Shown: one piece after another, positions 1 through 11,722 of the stretch
Layout: each line of letters starts with the position of its first letter
Numbering within the stretch: position 1 is the stretch's first letter
Assembly: GCA_012521085.1 (NCBI GenBank)
Contig: JAAYNB010000162.1
Location: 1 to 55,998, forward strand
Reading direction: 5' to 3'
DNA: 55,998 bases
DNA from: Clostridiales bacterium
GTDB lineage: Bacteria; Bacillota; Clostridia; Peptostreptococcales; Natronincolaceae
Made by a program: the position numbers and the translations under genes
Notes under the pieces: model-generated
What the model saw: only the letters and a program-made list of their open reading frames with translations
What the model was told of the DNA's origin: nothing
Database searches by the model: none

Positions 1-1
1 A

Positions 2-646
2 GAAACAGCTCCTAATTCGCCAGCAGAAATTGCAGGTGTTATGGAAAATGATAAAATAGTTGCAGTAAATCAAGTTAAGATAAACAGCTGGAGTGATATG
101 GTAAAAAGCATTGAAAATTCAAATGGGGATCCAGTTGATATAACCTTAATAAGGGATAATAAAGAAATCCAAAAAAGTATTATTCCTCAAATGGATACCG
201 ATAATAATAGATTTATGATTGGAATAATACCTGTTGTTGAAAAATCATTATTCATGGCTATTAAAGATAGTTATATTCAAATAAAGCTGATTTCTATAGA
301 AATGATTAATTTTTTCAAAGGTCTAATAACTAGTGGAGCTACAGATAATACAGAAATAGTAGGTCCTGTGGGAATCATAAGCCTAGTAGGTCAAGCTAGT
401 AAAGATGGTTTATATAATGTATTATTCTTAGCAGGTTTGATTAGTATAAATTTAGGTTTTATAAATTTATTGCCAATACCAGCTTTGGATGGCAGTAGAA
501 TATTATTTTTAATATTTGAATTTTTAAGAGGTAAACCAATTGATCCAGAAAAAGAAGCAATGATTCATGCCGTTGGATTAGCTTTAATGATGGCATTAAT
601 GTTAATGATTACGTATAAAGATATCTTGGCTATCTTTAAAGGATAG
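2..646 (+). CDS. rseP: RIP/site-2 zinc metalloprotease RseP (YluC-like), C-terminal part; the gene begins upstream of the window
   Basis: Frame open from base 2 (ETAPNSPAEIAGV..., PDZ-like). Conserved C-terminal NLLPIPALDGSR motif and hydrophobic tail. Lies directly upstream of ispG. Confidence 0.8.
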   Translation, partial: ETAPNSPAEIAGVMENDKIVAVNQVKINSWSDMVKSIENSNGDPVDITLIRDNKEIQKSIIPQMDTDNNRFMIGIIPVVEKSLFMAIKDSYIQIKLISIEMINFFKGLITSGATDNTEIVGPVGIISLVGQASKDGLYNVLFLAGLISINLGFINLLPIPALDGSRILFLIFEFLRGKPIDPEKEAMIHAVGLALMMALMLMITYKDILAIFKG

Positions 647-670
647 AATATAAATTGAAGGTGATATATA

Positions 671-1717
671 TTGAGAAGAAATACAATAGCAGTATCTTGT
701 GGAAATAAATTCATAGGTGGAAATCATTCAATTACTGTACAATCAATGACCACTACTGATACAAATGATGTAAAAGCTACTATAAAGCAAATAAAAGCCT
801 TAGAAAAGGTGGGTTGTGATATTGTAAGGGTTGCTGTACCTAATTTAGAGGCTGCAAAAGCTCTAAAAGAAATCAAATTTGGAACTAATATACCTCTTAT
901 TGCAGATATACATTTTGATTATAGATTAGCATTAGAATCTATAGAGCAAGGTGTAGATGGTCTTAGATTAAATCCAGGAAATATAGGAAATAAAGATAGA
1001 GTAAGAGAAGTAGTAAAAAGAGCAAAAGAAAAAAATATAAAAATTAGAATTGGTGTCAATGCTGGTTCCCTAGAAAAAATGCTACTGGATAAATATGGAG
1101 GACCAACAGCTGAAGCCATGGTTGAAAGTGCTTTAAGACATGTTAAGATTTTAGAAGATATGGATTTTACTAATATTGTAATATCTTTAAAATCAAGTGA
1201 TATCCATATGACTGTAGATGCATATAGACAAATTGCTGACAGAGTAAATTATCCGCTACATTTGGGTATTACTGAAGCTGGAACCATATGGAGTGGTACA
1301 ATAAAATCATCAATTGGTATAGGAGCATTATTATTATTAGGTATAGGTGATACTATTAGGGTTTCATTAACTGGTGATCCAGTAGAGGAAGTAAAAGTAG
1401 GAAGACAAATATTAAATTCTTTAGGTCTGTTAGATAATGAAATTACTATTATATCCTGTCCTACTTGTGGAAGATGTAATATTAACTTGATAAATTTAGC
1501 TAAGGAAGTGGAAAGTAAGATTTCAAATATAAAAAAACCTATTAAGGTAGCTATTATGGGTTGTGCTGTCAACGGTCCAGGAGAAGCTAGAGATGCTGAT
1601 ATTGGAATAGCTGGTGGTGTTGGATCAGCATTATTATTTAAAAAAGGAAAAGTTGTAAAAAAGGTTTCTGAAGAGGAAATAGTTAATATGTTAGTAGATG
1701 AAATTAATAATATGTAA
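671..1717 (+). CDS. ispG: 4-hydroxy-3-methylbut-2-enyl diphosphate synthase (GcpE)
   Basis: 348 aa with C-terminal Fe-S ligand motifs CPTCGRC and [12 protein letters not shown] start preceded by GAAGGTGA. Confidence 0.95.
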   Translation: MRRNTIAVSCGNKFIGGNHSITVQSMTTTDTNDVKATIKQIKALEKVGCDIVRVAVPNLEAAKALKEIKFGTNIPLIADIHFDYRLALESIEQGVDGLRLNPGNIGNKDRVREVVKRAKEKNIKIRIGVNAGSLEKMLLDKYGGPTAEAMVESALRHVKILEDMDFTNIVISLKSSDIHMTVDAYRQIADRVNYPLHLGITEAGTIWSGTIKSSIGIGALLLLGIGDTIRVSLTGDPVEEVKVGRQILNSLGLLDNEITIISCPTCGRCNINLINLAKEVESKISNIKKPIKVAIMGCAVNGPGEARDADIGIAGGVGSALLFKKGKVVKKVSEEEIVNMLVDEINNM

Positions 1718-1749
1718 TAATTATTTATAAGTAAATTAGGGGGAGGTAT

Positions 1750-4700
1750 ATGGAGTCTCTAAAGAAAATAAAATTAGAAGATTTTACAAATAATTTAGGC
1801 TTAAAGTTAGAGGATTCCTTAAAGGAGACTTTTATAAAAAACCTTAAACTTTATAAAAAGAGTAAAAAATTAGTATTAGAAATAGAATCAAATGAAGTTG
1901 TAAAAAAAGAAGAATTAAATGGACTTATTAAAAATATAAAAATGACTCTTAAAGCAATAAAAACTATAAAAATAAATGTTAACTATACACATAATTATAA
2001 ATCATTGGAGGAATTGATAGATTCTAATTGGTGTAATTTTATTTATATTTTTAAAAGAGAGGTACCAGCTTGTAAAGCTATTGAAGATCAAATTTGTTGG
2101 GAGATAAAGAATGATAATTTAATAATTAAGGTAACAGATAGTATTATTTTAGAGAAACTAGTAGAACGAAATGTGAAAAAAATTATTGAAGAATATTTAT
2201 ATAAAAATTTTAATGTTCTAATAGATTGTAATTTTATTTCAGATAAAAATAATATATTTGATTTATCTATATATGAAGAAACCAAAGAAAAAGAAAATAT
2301 TTTATATATAAATAAACTTAAAGAAGAAAACAATGATTTTGCAAAAAAATCTTTAAATAAAAATGGTGATAATGGAAAGAAATCAGATAATAATGATACT
2401 CTATTAGGTAAAAACATTTCCGGAAGCCCTATTAGCATAAATAATATAAATAATGATATTGATATTGCCATAATTGAAGGTGAAGTATTTGATATTGATT
2501 CTAAAGAATTAAATAGTGGAAAAATATTAACTACAATTCAAATTACTGATTATGACAATTCAATGACTGTAAAAGTATTTGAAGATAAAGATAGATTATA
2601 TGTTAAAGAAAACTTAAAGGTAAATAATTATATTAAAATCCAAGGTAGAGTGGTCTATGATAAATACTTAAGAGAAAATATCATAATAGCAAATAATATT
2701 AATTTTTCCCAAAAAAAAGAAAGAAAAGATTTAGCTGATGAAAAAAGAGTAGAACTACATTTACATACTAAAATGTCTTCCATGGATGGTTTAAGTAGTG
2801 CAACAGAATTAATAAGTACAGTTGCTAAATGGGGTCATAAAGCAATTGCCATAACTGATCATGGTGTTGTACAAGCATTTCCTGAGGCCATGGAAATATC
2901 ACAAAAGCTTGGTATTAAAGTTATATATGGGATGGAAGGGTATTTTGTAAATGATGAGGAAAATTTAATAGAAATAGATGATAATTTATATTCATTAGAT
3001 GATGAATTTATCGTATTTGATATAGAAACTACAGGTTTATCAAATATAAATGATAAAATAACTGAAATCGGTGCTATAAAAATTAAAAATGGTAAAATTG
3101 TTGATAGCTTTTCCACTTTGGTAAATCCTGAAATTCCTATACCCGAAAAAATAACCGAATTAACTGGTATAGATGATTCAATGGTTATAAATGCACCTAG
3201 AATTCAAGAGGTTCTACCTCAATTTTTAAAATTTGTTGGTAAAAGTCCCTTGGTAGCACATAATGCAAAATTTGATGTTGGATTCATTAGAGAAAATGCA
3301 AAGGCATTGGGAGTTGATAAAATAAATAATGTCATAGTAGATACTCTAGCATTATCAAGGGTATTATTAACGGATTTAAAAAGATATAGATTAAATAATA
3401 TTGCAAAAGAATTAAATGTAGTATTAGAAAATCATCATAGAGCTGTAGATGATGCTAAAGCCACTGCTGATATTTTCATAAAATTAATTAATATGATGAA
3501 AGAAAAAAATATTTTTTATCTGCAAGATATAAATAAAGTATTAGGAAAGAAAATTGATGTAAAAAAATTAAATACAAATCATATTGTATTATTGGCAAAG
3601 AATCAAAAAGGTTTATACAATCTTTATAAAATTGTCAGTGAATCACATTTAAATTATTTTCATAGAAATCCTAGAATTCCTAAAAGTTTACTGGATAAAT
3701 ATAGAGAAGGTATTTTAGTAGGTTCTGCTTGCGAGTCAGGAGAATTATTTCAGGCAATATTAAATAATCAAAGTCCTGAAACAATAGAAGAAATCGTTAA
3801 ATATTATGACTATCTTGAAGTACAGCCCTTAGGTAATAATGAATTTTTAATAGATAAAGGTATGGTAAGAGATTTTGAAGAAATAAAAGAAATTAATAAA
3901 AAAATTGTTGAATTGGGAAACAAATATAATATACCTGTTGTTGCCACAGGCGATGTTCATTTTCTAAATAAACGTGATGAATATTTTCGTAGAATATTAA
4001 TGGCAGGTCAAGGATTTAGTGATGCTGATAATCAGGCACCTTTATATTTTAAGACAACAGATGAGATGCTTGAAGAATTTAGCTATTTAGGTGAAAAGAA
4101 AGCAAGAGAAGTTGTTATAGATAATACCATAAAAATAAGTGATAGTATAGATAATTTATTACCTATTCCAAATGGAACATTTCCACCAGAAATAGAAGGT
4201 TCAGATGAAGAATTAAGAAGATTATGTTATGAAAATGCTTGGAGAATATATGGAAAACCACTTCCAGATATAGTTCAAAAAAGATTAGATAGAGAAGTAA
4301 ATTCCATCATAGATAATGGTTATGCAGTTATGTATATTATTGCTCAAAAACTTGTATCTAAATCATTAAGTGATGGCTATCTAGTAGGGTCTAGGGGTTC
4401 AGTTGGATCTTCATTTGCTGCTACAATGAGCAATATTACTGAAGTTAATCCTTTACCACCTCATTATGTTTGTCCCAAATGTAAATACTCTAAATTTATT
4501 ACAGATGGTTCTTATGGCTCAGGTGTGGATATGCCCGATAAAAATTGTCCAAAATGTGATACTGAATTAATAAAAGATGGACATGATATACCATTTGAAG
4601 TTTTTCTGGGTTTTGAAGCAGATAAAGAACCAGATATAGATTTAAATTTTGCGGGAGAATATCAAAGTGAAGCTCATAAATACACAGAAGAACTCTTTGG

Positions 4701-6051
4701 TGAAGGTAAAGTCTATAGAGCAGGGACAATAGGTACTATTGCAGATAAAACCGCCTATGGATTTGTAAAAAAATATTTAGAAGAAAAAGATATAAATTGT
4801 ACATCTGCTGAAATAAACCGTTTGACCATAGGTTGCAGTGGGGTCAAAAGAACAACTGGACAGCATCCTGGTGGTGTAATGATAGTACCAGCTGATAGAG
4901 ATATACATGAATTTACACCTATACAATATCCAGCTAATGATATTAATGCTGGGGTTATAACTACACATTTTGACTATCATTCCATCAGTGGTAGATTACT
5001 AAAATTAGATATTTTAGGTCATGATGTACCTACTATAATTAAGATGCTTGAAGACATAACAAATGTAAATGCTCAATCTATTTCTTTAAGTGATAAAAAG
5101 ACTATGAGTTTATTTACAGGTATAGAAGCACTTAATATAAAAAATGATGCGTTTGATATTGAAGTAGGGACTTTAGGTATTCCTGAATTTGGGACTAAAT
5201 TTGTCAGACAAATGCTCATTGATACAAAACCCAGTACCTTTGCTGAATTAGTGAGAATAAGTGGTCTTTCACATGGTACTGATGTATGGTTAAACAATGC
5301 TCAGGATTTAGTAAGAAGTGGTACAGCTGAGCTTAAAGATGTGATATCCACTAGAGATGACATTATGAATTATTTAATTTTAAAAGGTATTCCATCCATA
5401 ACCGCATTTAAAATAATGGAAAATGTAAGAAAAGGTAAGGGTTTATCACCTGAAGATGAAGAAATTATGAGAAGTAAAAATATACCTGAATGGTATATTG
5501 ATTCATGCAATAAGATAAAATACATGTTTCCTAAGGCCCATGCTGTGGCCTATGTCATGATGTCTTTTAGAATAGCATATTTTAAAGTATATTTTCCAGA
5601 AGCTTTTTATGCCACTTATTTTAGTATGAAGGCTGAAGATTTTGATACTGATTTAATTATTAAAGGCATTGATGTGATTAAAAATAAGATTTTAGAAATA
5701 GAAAACCTAGGAAATAATGCAACTGCAAAAGAAAGAAATTTATTAACAGTTTTAGAAGTAGCATTAGAAATGTATTGTAGAGGTATTGAATTACTTCCTG
5801 TAGATTTGTATAAATCTGATGCGGACAAGTTTATTATTAAAGAGGATAAATTATTGCCTCCTCTAAAATCTTTACAAGGTGTTGGTCAAAATGCTGCTAG
5901 AAGTATTCAAACTGCTAGAGAAGAAGGCAAATTCATATCCATAGAAGATTTGAGAGAAAGAACAAAAGTTACAAAAACGGTAATTGAAACATTAAAGGTT
6001 CATGGATGTCTTGAAGGTATGTCAGAAAGCAACCAATTATCACTCTTTTGA
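1750..6051 (+). CDS. polC: DNA polymerase III PolC-type
   Basis: 1433 aa. PHP motif HLHTKMSSMDG, inserted DEDDh exonuclease (FDIETTG, HRAVDDA), zinc finger CPKC...CPKC, pol III alpha core. Confidence 0.97.
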   Translation: MESLKKIKLEDFTNNLGLKLEDSLKETFIKNLKLYKKSKKLVLEIESNEVVKKEELNGLIKNIKMTLKAIKTIKINVNYTHNYKSLEELIDSNWCNFIYIFKREVPACKAIEDQICWEIKNDNLIIKVTDSIILEKLVERNVKKIIEEYLYKNFNVLIDCNFISDKNNIFDLSIYEETKEKENILYINKLKEENNDFAKKSLNKNGDNGKKSDNNDTLLGKNISGSPISINNINNDIDIAIIEGEVFDIDSKELNSGKILTTIQITDYDNSMTVKVFEDKDRLYVKENLKVNNYIKIQGRVVYDKYLRENIIIANNINFSQKKERKDLADEKRVELHLHTKMSSMDGLSSATELISTVAKWGHKAIAITDHGVVQAFPEAMEISQKLGIKVIYGMEGYFVNDEENLIEIDDNLYSLDDEFIVFDIETTGLSNINDKITEIGAIKIKNGKIVDSFSTLVNPEIPIPEKITELTGIDDSMVINAPRIQEVLPQFLKFVGKSPLVAHNAKFDVGFIRENAKALGVDKINNVIVDTLALSRVLLTDLKRYRLNNIAKELNVVLENHHRAVDDAKATADIFIKLINMMKEKNIFYLQDINKVLGKKIDVKKLNTNHIVLLAKNQKGLYNLYKIVSESHLNYFHRNPRIPKSLLDKYREGILVGSACESGELFQAILNNQSPETIEEIVKYYDYLEVQPLGNNEFLIDKGMVRDFEEIKEINKKIVELGNKYNIPVVATGDVHFLNKRDEYFRRILMAGQGFSDADNQAPLYFKTTDEMLEEFSYLGEKKAREVVIDNTIKISDSIDNLLPIPNGTFPPEIEGSDEELRRLCYENAWRIYGKPLPDIVQKRLDREVNSIIDNGYAVMYIIAQKLVSKSLSDGYLVGSRGSVGSSFAATMSNITEVNPLPPHYVCPKCKYSKFITDGSYGSGVDMPDKNCPKCDTELIKDGHDIPFEVFLGFEADKEPDIDLNFAGEYQSEAHKYTEELFGEGKVYRAGTIGTIADKTAYGFVKKYLEEKDINCTSAEINRLTIGCSGVKRTTGQHPGGVMIVPADRDIHEFTPIQYPANDINAGVITTHFDYHSISGRLLKLDILGHDVPTIIKMLEDITNVNAQSISLSDKKTMSLFTGIEALNIKNDAFDIEVGTLGIPEFGTKFVRQMLIDTKPSTFAELVRISGLSHGTDVWLNNAQDLVRSGTAELKDVISTRDDIMNYLILKGIPSITAFKIMENVRKGKGLSPEDEEIMRSKNIPEWYIDSCNKIKYMFPKAHAVAYVMMSFRIAYFKVYFPEAFYATYFSMKAEDFDTDLIIKGIDVIKNKILEIENLGNNATAKERNLLTVLEVALEMYCRGIELLPVDLYKSDADKFIIKEDKLLPPLKSLQGVGQNAARSIQTAREEGKFISIEDLRERTKVTKTVIETLKVHGCLEGMSESNQLSLF

Positions 6052-6109
6052 CTTGCTTGTAAATATAGATTATGATATACTTAATACAACAATATATGTA
6101 GAACTTACT

Positions 6110-6144
6110 AAGAGTGGGGAAAGTGTGTCCCACTCTTTCCTATT
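6110..6144 (+). terminator. Putative intrinsic terminator after polC
   Basis: AAGAGTGGG (6110-6118) pairs with CCCACTCTT (6129-6137), 10-nt loop, weak U tract (TCCTATT). Confidence 0.5.
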
Positions 6145-6239
6145 ATCCTAAAGATAAATTATCATTATACATATAAATAATAGTATAAGGTTATGCTTAT
6201 ATAAAAATATTTTATTTCGCACAATTAGGAGGTTATATA

Positions 6240-6704
6240 GTGGGTAGAAGAAGAGTAGAAAAAATTACAGAAGAATTAGTTCAGCCTATTTTGGAAAGAG
6301 AGAATTTTGAACTAGTAGATATAGAATTTAAAAAGGAGGGACCACATAGGTTTTTAAGGATTTATATAGATAAAGATGGAGGAATAACTTTAGATGATTG
6401 TCAAAAAGTGAGTGAAGAACTAAGTGAAAAATTAGATGAGGTTGATCCTATTGAAGATAATTATTTCTTAGAAGTTTCTTCTCCAGGTTTAGACAGACCA
6501 TTAAAAAAAGACAGCGACTTTGAAAGATTCAAAGGTGAAAATATTGAAATTAGATTATATCAGACTATTAATAATCAAAAAGTATTTGAAGGTGAATTAA
6601 TTGGCTTAGAGGATAACAATATTAAAATAAATATTGAAAATATTGGTTTAATGGAGATTCCTCGTGAAAAAGTTGCTGTCACAAAATTAGCGATAAAATT
6701 TTAG
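6240..6704 (+). CDS. rimP: Ribosome maturation factor RimP
   Basis: 154 aa with LEVSSPGLDRPL motif. GTG start after AGGAGG. First gene of the nusA-infB operon. Confidence 0.9.
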   Translation: MGRRRVEKITEELVQPILERENFELVDIEFKKEGPHRFLRIYIDKDGGITLDDCQKVSEELSEKLDEVDPIEDNYFLEVSSPGLDRPLKKDSDFERFKGENIEIRLYQTINNQKVFEGELIGLEDNNIKINIENIGLMEIPREKVAVTKLAIKF

Positions 6705-6719
6705 GGAGGAAATACAGAG

Positions 6720-7763
6720 ATGAATACAGAATTTATTGAGGCCCTAGAACAAATTCAAAAGGATAAGGGTATCTCAAAGGATATACTAATTGATGCTATT
6801 GAAGCTGCCTTAATTTCAAGTTACAAGAGAAATTTTGGCTCTGCTCAAAATGTAAGAATTGAAATAAATAGGGAGACGGGAGAAGTAAAAGTATATTCAC
6901 AAAGGAAAGTTGTTGAAAATGTAGAAGATGAATTTTTAGAAATTAGTATTGAGGATGCAAAAGAAATAGATAGAAATTATGAATTAAATGATATTGTAGA
7001 AAGAGAAGAAACACCGAGGGATTTTGGAAGAATTGCTGCGCAAACAGCTAAACAAGTTGTTGTGCAACGTATACGAGAAGCAGAGCGAAGTGTTATTTAT
7101 GACGAGTTTATAAATCGTGAATCTGATATCATTACTGGTACTGTGGCAAGAATAGCAAGAGGAAATGTTTATATAAATCTTGGTAAAACTGAAGCTATTT
7201 TAACACCAAGTGAACAAATGCCCAATGAAGAATATAACCATGGAGATAGAATCAAGACATATATTTTAGAAGTAAAAAAATTACCTAAAGGTCCACAAAT
7301 ATTAGTATCTAGAACTCATCCAAATCTAATAAAAAGATTATTTGAATTAGAAGTTCCAGAAATACATGATGGAGTAGTTGAAATAAAAAGTATTTCTCGT
7401 GAGGCAGGTTCAAGAACCAAAATAGCCGTTGAATCTAGTGACCCAAATGTTGATCCAGTTGGAGCGTGTGTAGGGCCTAAAGGAATCAGAGTTCAAGCTA
7501 TAGTAGATGAGTTAAAAGGTGAAAAAATTGATATTATAAAATATAGTGATGATTATGACGAATTTATATCTAGTTCATTAAGTCCAGCAAAAGTTATATC
7601 AAGTGAAATTGATATTGAAAATAAAACTGCTAAAGTTGTAGTTCCTGATTATCAATTATCATTAGCAATAGGTAAAGAAGGGCAAAATGCAAGATTAGCA
7701 GCAAAATTAACAGGATGGAAAATAGATATTAAGAGTGAAAGTCAAGTTAATACCATAAATTAG
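6720..7763 (+). CDS. nusA: Transcription termination/antitermination factor NusA
   Basis: 347 aa. N-terminal domain, S1 domain and two KH domains (GPKGIRVQ, GKEGQNARLA). Confidence 0.95.
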   Translation: MNTEFIEALEQIQKDKGISKDILIDAIEAALISSYKRNFGSAQNVRIEINRETGEVKVYSQRKVVENVEDEFLEISIEDAKEIDRNYELNDIVEREETPRDFGRIAAQTAKQVVVQRIREAERSVIYDEFINRESDIITGTVARIARGNVYINLGKTEAILTPSEQMPNEEYNHGDRIKTYILEVKKLPKGPQILVSRTHPNLIKRLFELEVPEIHDGVVEIKSISREAGSRTKIAVESSDPNVDPVGACVGPKGIRVQAIVDELKGEKIDIIKYSDDYDEFISSSLSPAKVISSEIDIENKTAKVVVPDYQLSLAIGKEGQNARLAAKLTGWKIDIKSESQVNTIN

Positions 7764-7776
7764 GGGTGATAAACTA

Positions 7777-8046
7777 ATGAAGGTTAGAAAAGTTCCATTA
7801 CGCAAATGTATTGGTTGTAATGAAAACAAACCTAAAAAGGAATTGATTAGAATAGTTCGGAATAAATCAGGGGAAATAAAAGTAGATATTACAGGCAAAG
7901 CCCATGGAAGGGGTGCTTATATTTGTAAAATTAAAGATTGTTTTACAAAAATTAAGGAAAATAAAACTTTAAATCATACTTTTAAATCAGATGTTCCAGA
8001 AGAAGTTTATGATGACCTAATTAAGGAGATAGATGACTATGAATAA
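7777..8046 (+). CDS. ylxR: YlxR/RnpM family (DUF448) RNA-binding protein
   Basis: 89 aa with PLRKCIGC and GRGAYIC motifs. Canonical position after nusA. Confidence 0.85.
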   Translation: MKVRKVPLRKCIGCNENKPKKELIRIVRNKSGEIKVDITGKAHGRGAYICKIKDCFTKIKENKTLNHTFKSDVPEEVYDDLIKEIDDYE

Positions 8047-8343
8047 TAAGACTGCAAATTTTTTAGGATTAGCTATGAGAGCTGGAAAAATAATTTCAGG
8101 AGAGGGTACTTGTAAAAATAGTTTAAAAAAAAATTATATTTAATTATTCTTGCAGAAGATGCTTCTGAAAATACAAAAAAACTTTTTATCAATAAATCAA
8201 AATCTTATAATATACCAATAAGAATATATGGAAATAAAGAATTACTTGGGTATAGTATTGGTAAATCCTCCAGATCTGTAATAGCGGTTCAAGATGAAAA
8301 ATTTGCTGATATACTTATGAGTTATATTGATGAAGAGCGTTAG
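8039..8343 (+). pseudogene. ylxQ: L7Ae-family protein YlxQ/RplGA, reading frame interrupted by a -1 frame change in an A9 run
   Basis: ATG 8039 gives MNNKTANFLGLAMRAGKIISGEGTCKNSLKK and stops at TAA 8141-8143. The -1 frame continues KKLYLIILAEDASENTKK...VIAVQDEKFADILMSYIDEER to TAG 8341-8343. The junction is the A run 8125-8133. No ORF is listed here in the track. Confidence 0.75.
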
Positions 8344-8364
8344 ATTATACAGGAGGTGATAGTT

Positions 8365-10374
8365 TTGTCAAAAATGAGAATTTATGAAATGGCTAAAAAA
8401 TTAAATGTGAGTAGTAAAGAATTAATGACAAAATTAAAAGAACTATCTATTGATGTTAAAAGCCATATGAGTACGATAGAAAATGAAGAGGCAAAATTAA
8501 TATTAGAATTATTTAGTGATGATGATGATAAATCAATGGAAGATAATGATACAAATATTAAAGATGACAAAAAAGGAATTAATTCTAATAAAAAAGAAAA
8601 TAATAACATTGTAGAAAAAGGTGAACAAGTGATATTAATAGGTGATAGAATTACAGTAAAAGAATTTGCTGAAAAAATAAATAAAAGTAGTAGTGAAATT
8701 ATAACTAATTTAATTAAAATAGGAGTTATGGCAGCAATTAACCAAGAAATAGATTTTGAAACTGCTGAAGTTATTGCTAGAGAGTTTGGAATAGATATTG
8801 AAAGAGATGCAGAAACAACAGAAGAGGTTAGTGATTTAATTATAGAAGAAGATGATGAAAAAGATTTAAAACCTAGACCACCAGTGGTAACAGTTATGGG
8901 GCATGTAGATCATGGTAAAACTTCTTTACTTGATGCCATAAGAGAAACCACTGTTACGCAAAGAGAAGCTGGAGGAATAACACAACATATAGGTGCTTAT
9001 GAAGTGATGGTAAATGGTGAAAAAGTCGTATTTTTAGATACACCTGGTCATGAAGCATTTACAACTATGAGAGCAAGAGGTGCAAAAGTTACAGATATTG
9101 CTGTTTTAGTTGTAGCTGCTGATGATGGTGTAATGCCACAAACCATAGAAGCTATAAATCATGCTAAAGCTGCAGGTGTTCCTATTATTGTAGCAATAAA
9201 TAAAATTGACAAACCAAGTGCAAATTCTGATAGAGTTAAACAAGAATTGTCAGAACATGGTGTTCTAATTGAAGAATGGGGTGGAGATGTTGTTAGTGTT
9301 GAAGTCTCTGCATTAAAAGGCACAAATATAGACGCCCTACTAGAAATGATATTATTAGTAGCAGAAATGGAAGAATTAACTGCTAATCCAAATAGAAAGG
9401 CAATTGGAACAGTAATAGAGGCAGAATTAGATAAAGGTAGAGGACCTGTTGCAACTGTATTAGTACAAAATGGGACACTAAAAGTTGGTGATTCTGTTGT
9501 TATAGGCACAACTTATGGCAGAATTAGAGCTATGGTTAATGATAAGGGAAAAAGAGTTAAATTTGCTGGCCCATCCACAGCAGTGGAAATTACAGGTTTT
9601 ACTGAAGTACCAGAAGCAGGAGATCAAATGGTTGTTGTAGAAGACGATAAAACTGCAAAAGATATAGCAAATTCAAGAAAAGATAAGATTAAGGAAGAAG
9701 AATTAAGAAAAAGTCAAAAAATATCTTTAGATGCTCTATATAGACAAATGACAGAAGGCACTATTAAAGAATTAAATATAATTGTTAAAGCTGATGTACA
9801 GGGCTCAGTTGAAGCAGTAAAACAATCTATAGAGAAATTATCTACTGATAAAGTTATAATAAAAGTTATACATGGAGCGGTAGGGGGTATTACAGAATCA
9901 GATGTAATGCTTGCATCTGCATCTAATGCTATAATTATAGGATTTAATGTTAGACCAGTATCTAGTGCAACAAATCTAGCTAAAAAAGAAAATGTAGATA
10001 TAAGGACATATAGAATTATTTATAGCGCTCTTGAAGACATAGAAGCTGCTATTAAAGGTATGTTAGATCCAGAATTTAAAGAAGTAGAATTAGGTAAAGC
10101 TGAAGTTAGGGAAACATTTAAAGTACCTGGTGCTGGAGTAGTAGGTGGCTGTTATGTAACTGAAGGTAAAATTTTAAGAAGAGCTAAGATAAGATTAGTA
10201 AGGGATGGCATTATCATTCATGAGGGTGAATTGGGATCTTTAAGAAGATTTAAAGATGATATAAGAGAAGTAGCCGCAGGATATGAATGTGGTATAGGTA
10301 TAGATGGATTTAATGATATAAAAGTAGGAGACATAATAGAAGCATATGAGATGAAAGAAGTAAAACAAATTTAA
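8365..10374 (+). CDS. infB: Translation initiation factor IF-2
   Basis: GTPase motifs [24 protein letters not shown]. Frame is open from GTG 8356, but that GTG lies inside the AGGAGG (8351-8356). TTG 8365 has proper spacing; ATG 8374 is also possible. Confidence 0.93.
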   Translation: MSKMRIYEMAKKLNVSSKELMTKLKELSIDVKSHMSTIENEEAKLILELFSDDDDKSMEDNDTNIKDDKKGINSNKKENNNIVEKGEQVILIGDRITVKEFAEKINKSSSEIITNLIKIGVMAAINQEIDFETAEVIAREFGIDIERDAETTEEVSDLIIEEDDEKDLKPRPPVVTVMGHVDHGKTSLLDAIRETTVTQREAGGITQHIGAYEVMVNGEKVVFLDTPGHEAFTTMRARGAKVTDIAVLVVAADDGVMPQTIEAINHAKAAGVPIIVAINKIDKPSANSDRVKQELSEHGVLIEEWGGDVVSVEVSALKGTNIDALLEMILLVAEMEELTANPNRKAIGTVIEAELDKGRGPVATVLVQNGTLKVGDSVVIGTTYGRIRAMVNDKGKRVKFAGPSTAVEITGFTEVPEAGDQMVVVEDDKTAKDIANSRKDKIKEEELRKSQKISLDALYRQMTEGTIKELNIIVKADVQGSVEAVKQSIEKLSTDKVIIKVIHGAVGGITESDVMLASASNAIIIGFNVRPVSSATNLAKKENVDIRTYRIIYSALEDIEAAIKGMLDPEFKEVELGKAEVRETFKVPGAGVVGGCYVTEGKILRRAKIRLVRDGIIIHEGELGSLRRFKDDIREVAAGYECGIGIDGFNDIKVGDIIEAYEMKEVKQI

Positions 10375-10391
10375 GAAAGGATGAGGAATAA

Positions 10392-10766
10392 TTGGCCTAT
10401 CCTAGAGTAAATAGATTAAATGAAGAAATGAAAAAAGGTATAAGTGACATCATTAGAAATGATTTAAGGGATCCTAGAATTTCTATGATGACCAGTATTT
10501 TATCAGTAGACGTAACAAGAGATTTAAGGTATGCAACAGTATATATAAGTGTTTTAGGGAATGAAAATGAAAAAAAAGAAACTATAATGGCTTTAGAAAA
10601 GTCTTCTGGATATGTAAGAAGAGAAATAGGTAAAAAAATAAAAACAAGATATACACCGGAAATAATCTTTAAACTAGATGAATCTATTGAAAAAGGAATA
10701 GAGATGTATCATAAAATTTCTGAAATTAACAAAGAAGAAAATAAAGGTGAAGATGTCAGTGAATGA
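10392..10766 (+). CDS. rbfA: Ribosome-binding factor A
   Basis: 124 aa RbfA-like ([16 protein letters not shown]). TTG start. Operon position after infB. Confidence 0.9.
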   Translation: MAYPRVNRLNEEMKKGISDIIRNDLRDPRISMMTSILSVDVTRDLRYATVYISVLGNENEKKETIMALEKSSGYVRREIGKKIKTRYTPEIIFKLDESIEKGIEMYHKISEINKEENKGEDVSE

Positions 10767-11718
10767 GAATCCAATATCACTTATAAAAGAAGAAAGTAAA
10801 ATAGCTATTATCTCACATATGAGTCCTGACGGTGATAGTATAGGTTCAATTCTAGGTTTAGGGTTATTTCTAATGAATATATCTAAAGATGTAAATATAT
10901 ATATAGATGAAAAATTACCATCAAGATATGATTTTTTACCAGGCTCACAATTTTTAAAAGTTTATAAAGATGATAATAAGAAATTTGATTTCTGTTTTGT
11001 TTTAGATTGTGGTGATGCTGATAGATTAGGTCATAATCAGTCTATACTATCAAAAAGTTCTACTATAATAAATATAGATCATCATATAAGCAATACAAAT
11101 TTTGGAGATGTTAATATAATTAATACAAATATGTCTTCAACATGTGAATTAATATTTAGTTTATTAAAAAATTATATTAATAAGCTTAACAAAGATATAG
11201 CTACCTGTTTGTACATGGGTATATTAACCGATACAGGAAATTTTATATATGATAATACTACAGCTAATACACATAAAGCTGTTTCAGAATTAATGGAATA
11301 TAATATAGATATTAATATAATAGTACAAAATTTGTATCAAAATAAATCATTGAACAGTATAAGATTTTTAGGACATGTATTAAATAATTTCAAAATCTTA
11401 TTTAACGGTAAAGCAGCATTGGTTGTGGTAACACAAGAATTACTAAAAGAGTATGATATAGAACTAGATGAAATTGATGGAGTTATTAACTATGTTAGAG
11501 ATATAGAAGGGGTAGAAATAGCTATTTTGTTAAAAGAAATAACAGATGATGAAGTAAAAATAAGTTTCAGGTCAAAATATGATATAGATGTTAATGATTT
11601 AGCAAAAAGATTCAATGGTGGCGGCCACAAAAAGGCTGCTGGTGCAAGAGTTAAAGGTAATATTGGTACAGTGGAAAATAATATTATTAATCAATTAAAG
11701 TTAGATTTAGGTTGGTGA
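10747..11718 (+). CDS. nrnA: DHH/DHHA1 phosphoesterase (NrnA-type nanoRNase / pAp phosphatase)
   Basis: Motifs [20 protein letters not shown] and DHHA1 GGGHKKAAG. Confidence 0.85.
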   Translation: MKMSVNENPISLIKEESKIAIISHMSPDGDSIGSILGLGLFLMNISKDVNIYIDEKLPSRYDFLPGSQFLKVYKDDNKKFDFCFVLDCGDADRLGHNQSILSKSSTIINIDHHISNTNFGDVNIINTNMSSTCELIFSLLKNYINKLNKDIATCLYMGILTDTGNFIYDNTTANTHKAVSELMEYNIDINIIVQNLYQNKSLNSIRFLGHVLNNFKILFNGKAALVVVTQELLKEYDIELDEIDGVINYVRDIEGVEIAILLKEITDDEVKISFRSKYDIDVNDLAKRFNGGGHKKAAGARVKGNIGTVENNIINQLKLDLGW

Positions 11719-11722
11719 TGTT

